Part shown: positions 57,969 to 64,000 of the stretch, piece by piece | Layout of the letters: each line of letters starts with the position of its first letter | How positions within the stretch are numbered: position 1 is the first letter of the stretch | NCBI GenBank assembly: GCA_000091205.1 | Contig: AP006488.2 | Length of the DNA: 64,000 nucleotides | From: Cyanidioschyzon merolae | Taxonomy: Eukaryota | Reading direction: 5' to 3' (one strand) | The notes under the pieces: model-generated | Seen by the model: only the letters and a program-made list of their open reading frames with translations | What the model was told of the DNA's origin: nothing | The model's database searches: none | Made by a program: the position numbers and the translations under genes

Positions 57969-59039
57969 AAGGATTGAAATCCGGTTCGAAGCTTCCAACA
58001 GGACCTGCAGGAAGCGACGATTGCTGGAAAGAAAGCACTTTTTGGCACAAGGCACCTCCGCATGTATGCTTCCTTGCGTTGGTATCTGACTCCCAGTCCA
58101 AACCATGTTGTACACGACAATCATCGCTCCGCATTGACGGAGCTTGAAGTTAGGCGGAAAACGTGTTCAATATATGAAACAAATGCTCGAAAACGGCCTG
58201 ATTCGGGACAGACTATGTTCCGAAACGCTCCGAAAATGCATTGATGATGACCTGATATTCGCCGCTGTGGACCAGTACAAGAGAGCGCCATCGCTATGCT
58301 CCGGGGTCGCGTGTCTGCGCAAGGCATCTCATCGGGGACCTCCACGGTGACACTCGTTCGATCGATGCTTCGGGTGCAGCAATCGGATCACTTGGTGATC
58401 ATTCGTGGTATCAGAAGCGATGTTGTGGAGACGCTTTCGAGCTTCGCGTCCACAGCGACTCAAGTCCGGACCAGTGAACGTGGAACGATAACGCGTTCGG
58501 CACGCGTCCACGGAAACGCGGCCCCCGAGGACATTGGTCTCTGGCGAACGCTGCACGGGTCTGTTCGAGCACACCGTTCTGATGCCGCTGACGCCGATGA
58601 ACCGCCCGTTGCGGAAAGACGCAAGGCCCCCGGCAGCGATCTAATCGGTACGGATGCATCTGTGTCCAGCGCTAAGGTGTTGTCTGAGAGGCTTTGCCAC
58701 GAACTGTACACGATTCGCTGTTACTGAACAGTGCGCGCCTTGGCTCGCCACGTCTATGCTGCCCGTTCCGCTGGAAACCCAGTTGCGTCAAAAAGCTTTC
58801 AATGTGGGGATGTCCAAGGAAACGCTCGGTATCGCGGCTGCCTAGGACGAACATCTGGAAAGACTTTCGAACCAGGGCTGATGTATCTGAGTTTGCGCAA
58901 GTTAGAATCTAATTGCTACGTTTCGTTTCGCATAGACAAGACTCCGTTCTCGGACGTGGACTCGGCGATTTCAAACGTCAGCTACCAAGTAAATATCCTG
59001 ATTAGGATAGCGCTTTTTCCGCTGTGCCATACACCCGAG

Positions 59040-60560
59040 TCAGCATAGAACGGAAAAGGTTTTCCGATTCGTACGCACCTACCAAAGTTTAGGTTGTATC
59101 CGCGCTCATCAACACCAGAATTTGCGGGCTTTTTCTGCGACAGCTTCCTTTGCCGCTCGCTTATCTCCAGTTTAAAGCAAGGTAGTCTTATCTGTCGCCT
59201 AAGGCTCCAGTGTCAGCAGTCGGAGGATATACCGATGCCGCCAATAACGCCTAGCTTTCGTTGCTTCCCGCAGTTGTGAACGCGTTGCATGTGTAGACGG
59301 TAGCTGCGATCTAGACACTTTGCTCGCCGCTATCCTATTCGCCTTTCGGGGAAACCTCGGTGCGCTCCGCAAAGCGATTACACGTGCCTGTGGTCGGTGT
59401 TGCTCACGAGTCCACAGCATGTTCTCCATCGAGCGCCGTACCATGGTGCATCGACGCTTGCTTCATTACTCGGTCCGTGCGCTTGACTGGTGAAGAAGGC
59501 TCTCTGCGGTGCTTGCCTCCTCGACAGCGTCCAGCGCGGTACCCGGACGGTCGTGGACTTGTTCTTGGCGATACCTCCCGCGCGTACGCGTTCCAGTGCA
59601 TGGAAAAGGGCACGCGTTTCCGTCCAATGGATAGCCTGTTGCACGCAATATGAACCCTGCTGAAACCATTACCCAAAGACAAGTCCAGGTAATAGAACGA
59701 ATCGGGGGAAATTGTCGCGTGTACGCTCCTGTAGTGCGAAGCGGTTGCGTATTGCCCGCTGTAAACGAATCGCTGTGGTGACGGAGGCTCAAGACCCTTT
59801 ACCACACAAATCATTGAACGTGGAGTCTCTGGGAGCATATTCCATGAGTGGTAGCATGCTGCTGACGAATGCAGTTTTGTCGACGCCCGCAACGAAGGCA
59901 GAAATCGTCATTCGAACGTGATCGATTATTCGAAAGGACAAGGTCAGCGAACTTTCGGCATGAGCTCATGAACAAGCTTTCAAAGGACGACCTCGTCAAG
60001 TATTCTGCCTCGTTTTTCCAGCGGTGCCAAAATGACGCCCGACGAGTTGCCTTGAAATCCAGAGATCGAAAACTTGAAGAACGCATGCTTGCATTGTTCT
60101 ACTCGATGGCGAACGCGAAAAATGGATGCAGGAACGTATGCATCGGATCGTGATAGAGAATACTTTACGAATTCTTGTTCGAAGGCGTCGCGAATGATCT
60201 TGCTTCCGGTTAGGTATAGGTTTTGAACGACCAAGCGCCCAACGACGCACTTGGCGAATACGACCAAAGTCCGAAAACTACGTATGAATCGAAAGGTCCA
60301 TTTTGCTGCACTTTGAATCTAGAAGCTGTTCCCATGAGAAACCACTCGATATGCAGGGATCGAGCGAGCATCTCAACGTTCCATGGTACTCCAACAGATC
60401 CAAGCACGCTTGAGCCCAGCGGCCATAAGCAGCACCAGACCGAGAGCAGTGTGCTCTGCCCGCGCAACGATCCAAAAATGTACAGTTTACAGAACCCTGT
60501 CTCGGAAATGCGTCCATCAAGCGAACCTCACGACATTCAACACCTGTGCAACCGCCAACG
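59040..60560 (-). mobile_element. RT-bearing repeat family A, copy A6 (young 3' module 59040-59877 plus diverged 5' part)
   Basis: It starts at the same base as A3 and A4. Minus peptides are NLYLTGSKIIRDAFEQEF (RT motif-1-like L.n..Ki..k.l), AFFKFSISGFQGNSSG (Q.GF.pg.S-like) and RIIDHVRMTISAFVAGVDKTAFVSSMLPL (D..KAFD-like). Confidence 0.8.
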
Positions 60561-60695
60561 TTCGCTCGTCCATGAAATATACACGTATCATTCGTTCGAC
60601 TCGGATGTAGTTTGCATCACTTGGGAGCCGCTGTCTGGTTGGCGCTACCGTCCGATTGTCTGCGCCAACGAGGACTAACCTGGTCGTTCGATTAC

Positions 60696-62003
60696 TCACT
60701 CGGAGTTGGGCATGGACCGCTTCAGGTGGCTGCGCAAAATGGTCAAATGCTCTTCTTTGATTTTCTCCGGCGCCAGATGGGAACGCCACTCACGCGCTAA
60801 CAACGAGCGTAGAATCAGGAGCTCATCCACGAAATCGCTCGGCATGAAACCGACGCTCTTTTCGGTGCGTGCACCGACACCTTCGCGTTCGACGACTCGA
60901 TCATGGTTTTCGACAAAGAATTTCTGGCCTTCGCAGCGGACGTTGCCAAGACGCAAAAGAGAACGGATAAAGTCGTCGCCGTCCCCAATTTCCTCTTCCC
61001 AACGCGGCCACTTGCTCAACCATTCATGTTCAGCATGACGTCCTTCGAAACGTAGACGATTCAGGAAACGCACAGTCGCTCTTCTCGTCAAGAGCGCCTT
61101 CACGTAGCGATAGTTGTGGTACCGGAGCGGGGACTCATCCGTCGTAAAATCGTCATGGTCTAGAATACGCTGGGCCTGATGCGCCTGACCACTCTGTTCA
61201 TGTACCAGTTCGGAGAGTATTTCACTGTTTTCAACGCTCACCAACCCGAGATCCCGACGCAACTCTTCCGCAATGGACTCGCGGGCCGCCATGATACGCT
61301 GCGCGTAGCGAAACGGTTCCAGAGTAAAAGTGAACTCGCGTCGAATACGCGTCCCGACAACCATCGTGTGCATCTCCGAGGGCGCCGACATCATCCCACT
61401 CAGGTACTCAACAGTGTTCCGAAGAAAATGGTATGCTTGCTCGTGACGTCGAGAACCAATGGAGGCTCCACCGAACCACTTCCCATAGTCGTCAAAATCC
61501 AGCAGCCAACGCCGCGCTGGCTCGTCCCGAAACTCCGTGAGATAGTAGATGATCGTTCGCACTGCTCGGTCTGTGGCAAAGTCTCGGATCAGGTTTGCGT
61601 CAGTATCGTGCGCTGGCGTACTGGCACAGATAGATCGAACACGCTGCCCGGAGGTACGCGCGCCACCAAACGAAACGCTGGCGTTCTTGTGCTCCTCCAG
61701 CGTTCCCTGGTCTACCGCGTAGCCCTGCTCTTGCCGCCCGTTTCCTTCGTTGGTGGATTCACGTGCTCCCTCTGAGTCCGAGCCCTCACCAAGCACACAC
61801 TTTAGTGAATGGATCTGCTCCGCGCACGGCTGCCGTCCAAGTCGTGTTCCGGTTCGTCCAGCTGGGATAGGTCTCCAGTGACGCCGTCGCCCAGTGCTGG
61901 GGCAGCGCACAGCGCCCGTTGACGTTGCCACCCACGCGCACCGCGAGAAAGCGCCCCGAGAAAACCGCAATGGAGATGCGCTAAACTGAACAATATCCGT
62001 CAT
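60696..62003 (-). CDS. Protein with two tandem RbcX-like domains and an N-terminal presequence-like region
   Basis: ATG at 62003. Half 1 is DRAVRTIIYYLTEFRDEPARRWLLDF...EPFRYAQRIMAARESIAEELRRDL. Half 2 is YRYVKALLTRRATVRFLNRLRFEGRHAEHEWLSKW...GDGDDFIRSLL...SDFVDELLILRSLLAREWRSHL. Both follow the RbcX pattern (Y.AVR.vl.QL.e.NP....WL..F...dG..fi..Ll...p.LA.RIm.vRe.iAee). Confidence 0.6.
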   Translation of the reverse strand: MTDIVQFSASPLRFSRGAFSRCAWVATSTGAVRCPSTGRRRHWRPIPAGRTGTRLGRQPCAEQIHSLKCVLGEGSDSEGARESTNEGNGRQEQGYAVDQGTLEEHKNASVSFGGARTSGQRVRSICASTPAHDTDANLIRDFATDRAVRTIIYYLTEFRDEPARRWLLDFDDYGKWFGGASIGSRRHEQAYHFLRNTVEYLSGMMSAPSEMHTMVVGTRIRREFTFTLEPFRYAQRIMAARESIAEELRRDLGLVSVENSEILSELVHEQSGQAHQAQRILDHDDFTTDESPLRYHNYRYVKALLTRRATVRFLNRLRFEGRHAEHEWLSKWPRWEEEIGDGDDFIRSLLRLGNVRCEGQKFFVENHDRVVEREGVGARTEKSVGFMPSDFVDELLILRSLLAREWRSHLAPEKIKEEHLTILRSHLKRSMPNSE

Positions 62004-62309
62004 GACTTTGAACTAAAAAACAATGAGAAAGCGTTGATCGTAGAAAACACACAGACGCGAAACCTCCGCTCCAGCGAAATAACTGTCGCGAATATATACC
62101 CAAAATCCTGGTACGTTTATCTGCTGGCGCTGGTGCTGCTGGTGCTTGTGCTGCCAACGGATTTTGGCGCTGCTGAATGCACGCGCGCCAAGGCGCCTCG
62201 CCCACGCGCAGATCTGAACGCTGCGGTTGAAATGCCCGGCGCAGCAGCAGCGCAGATTCGAGCATTGCGCGGGAAAGCTGCAGAGCGCGCGCGCGCGCGC
62301 AAGCATCGT

Positions 62310-63720
62310 ACGGTGCACCCGTATACAGCGACGCAATGGACAGCGTTGTTGAATCCAGGTGCGTACATGATATCGTTTGGGTTTCATCCTATTATCGTGA
62401 ACGAGAGGTTTGAAGGCCTCCTTGTGGGAGCTTCCTGTTTCCGGTTTCATATCTGCTGCTGTCATTCCGCCAGTCTCTGCTTTACTACTAGTTCCGTTAT
62501 CAGCTGTTGAAAAAACGCGGTTACCGCAGCATCATATCGTCCTGATTTTGCTACTTCCGGTTGTTGTTTATGCATCTCATGCCGAGACGGTAGTTAGGAT
62601 CTAGATTCGGTTGCAGTTCGCGTCCTGTATGAGAACAGCCTCGGTGGAATCAATGCAGCGGCGATTCTTGACAGTGGTTAAATGTTCCTGGGTAGGCGGC
62701 GCACATCCTCCATCGAGCGCTGCAGTCCAGCGCCCGAACGCGTGCTTCATCGCTCGGGTTGCGTCCTGGACGGGAATGGAAGGCCCGGGTCGATGCCCTC
62801 CTATGATTCCGCGTATGGTGCCGTACGCTCTGGGTAGGGACTTCATTTTCAGGGTGCCCTCGGCGAGTAATTTTTCAGCTGCACTCGCAAGCACATAATA
62901 TCCCATCCGATGCGAAATTTTTTGAAGGCGATGTTGTTTATGATGAAACCTGAACCCCAAATGAAAATCTAGCCTGGAGATCAGATCGAGAAACGTCGTT
63001 TCGTCGACGCTTCATTACTGTCGAGTGGTCTTGCACGCTCCATTGAGCGCGATCACAGCAAGAAAAACGTCCGAGTCCGATTCCTTTCGCCATCCTCAAA
63101 CGAGAGACCGGAGCCTCTGAAAGCATATGCTGTGAGAGGCATCAAGCCGCTGCGGGTGCCGTTTCTTAGATACACCACGAAGAGAGGAGAATATATCTTT
63201 CGGACGGAATCGATGATTTGACGTGACATGGTCTGTGAATTGCGGCATGGGCGTGTGAGCAAGTCGCAAACGGACGACGTCAAGAGCTTGTCGTCAACGA
63301 TCCAGCGACGCGAGTTGCGAGGCGCACTATTCACCTCGATATAGAGAGATCGAAAACTTGAAGTATGCATGATTCGGGCATTCTTCACCAAAGAATAGGA
63401 GACAAGTGGATGTTTTTACCTATGAACTCCATCCCATTGTATATAACTTTAGAATGCTTGTTCAAGGCCGTCACGACTCATGCTGATTCTGGTGATGGAG
63501 CGAATTCGAGATGCGCAGAGTCAGTGCAGCTATTCCCAAAAAAGACCGGGAGCCTTGGAGTATCGACGAGTGAATCCATACATCCATATTTCTGCACTAC
63601 AAATATCGAAGTCGTACACCTAAAACGCACGCGAAAATCGACAGGCAGGAACAGAGCGAGCAGGCTAGTTTTCCATCGTAATCTGACACGAATGTCGCGG
63701 TCATGACCTGCACGTCAATG
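62310..63720 (-). mobile_element. RT-bearing repeat family A, copy A7 (old, decayed)
   Basis: The plus strand is collinear with the A3 unit from cgtacatgata (about 62330) through gacggtagttaggatctaga, cctccatcgagcgctg and atgaaacctgaacccc to gagagatcgaaaacttgaag. Minus peptide: SRQIIDSVRKIYSPLFVVYLRNG. Confidence 0.6.
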
Positions 63721-64000
63721 CGACCAACGAACCTCCGTTTTTTTTTTCGTAGAAAACGGGCGTTCATCATCGTAGATCCGCCTGGATGATTCGCATCACG
63801 TCCACTACGGGAAGCGTGTTATGCGGATGCACGGAGCGGTCCCCGACGCATGTGCCCGTGCCCTAGCGTTGATCCTCATGCAATGCGACAACTCCAGATG
63901 GAGGGGTTTGCAAGTCACGCCACACAGCGGTGATGCACACCGCTGATCCTCTGTAACCGGGAAACTCCGGGACGGCAACCCGCGTGATGTACTCGCTCGA

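Noticed and set aside
24219-59877. Three near-identical repeats considered as a CRISPR-like array, an rDNA fragment or a tandem gene family
   Set aside because: The units are 0.84-0.94 kb and are spaced 4.5 kb and 30 kb apart with ordinary genes between them. They carry RT-like motifs, and the context is eukaryotic, so they are dispersed retroelement copies.
62985-63025. Apparent second match of cgacgcttcattact to the young module, suggesting two nested partial copies in A7
   Set aside because: Re-aligning the whole 62310-63720 interval shows a single collinear copy. The short match is fortuitous.
63738-63747. T10 run next to copy A7, considered as a poly(A) tail
   Set aside because: On the minus (coding) strand it is an A-run at the 5' side of the element, the wrong end for a retrotransposition tail. 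The young copies have no A tail at their 3' ends.

Overview
This window reads as nuclear DNA of an intron-poor, plastid-bearing eukaryote. About 17 apparently intronless protein genes lie on both strands, and several only make sense from an internal ATG rather than the alternative start used by the ORF track. Recognisable genes are a KUP potassium transporter (5' partial), a DHHC palmitoyltransferase, a J-protein, proteasome Rpt3, Rrp8, a carnosine-synthase-like ATP-grasp enzyme, a type II membrane protein, an ER Grp170/HYOU1-type Hsp70, a gamma-type adaptin, SmD1, an inositol-dehydrogenase-like oxidoreductase, a VPS37-like protein, an RPA43-like protein, DXS with an N-terminal extension, a two-domain Cho2-type PE N-methyltransferase and a tandem RbcX-like protein. 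Composition, absence of introns and the plastid-related genes fit a red-alga-like (cyanidiophyte-type) genome, but that is a guess. Roughly a quarter of the window is decayed mobile DNA. It comprises seven co-oriented copies of a reverse-transcriptase-bearing repeat (three share a near-identical 0.84-0.94 kb 3' module), a Ty3/gypsy-order relic, two integrase-like relics, a Tc1-like DD34E transposase relic and three relics of a TnpB/Fanzor-like gene. The points most worth a second look are the Fanzor-like relics with conserved non-coding tails, the step-like identity profile of the RT repeats (two of which flank the Grp170 gene), the minus-strand bias of the relics and the fused double RbcX-fold protein. 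I found no rRNA, tRNA or CRISPR. All homology calls come from reading translations and recalling family motifs; no searches were run.
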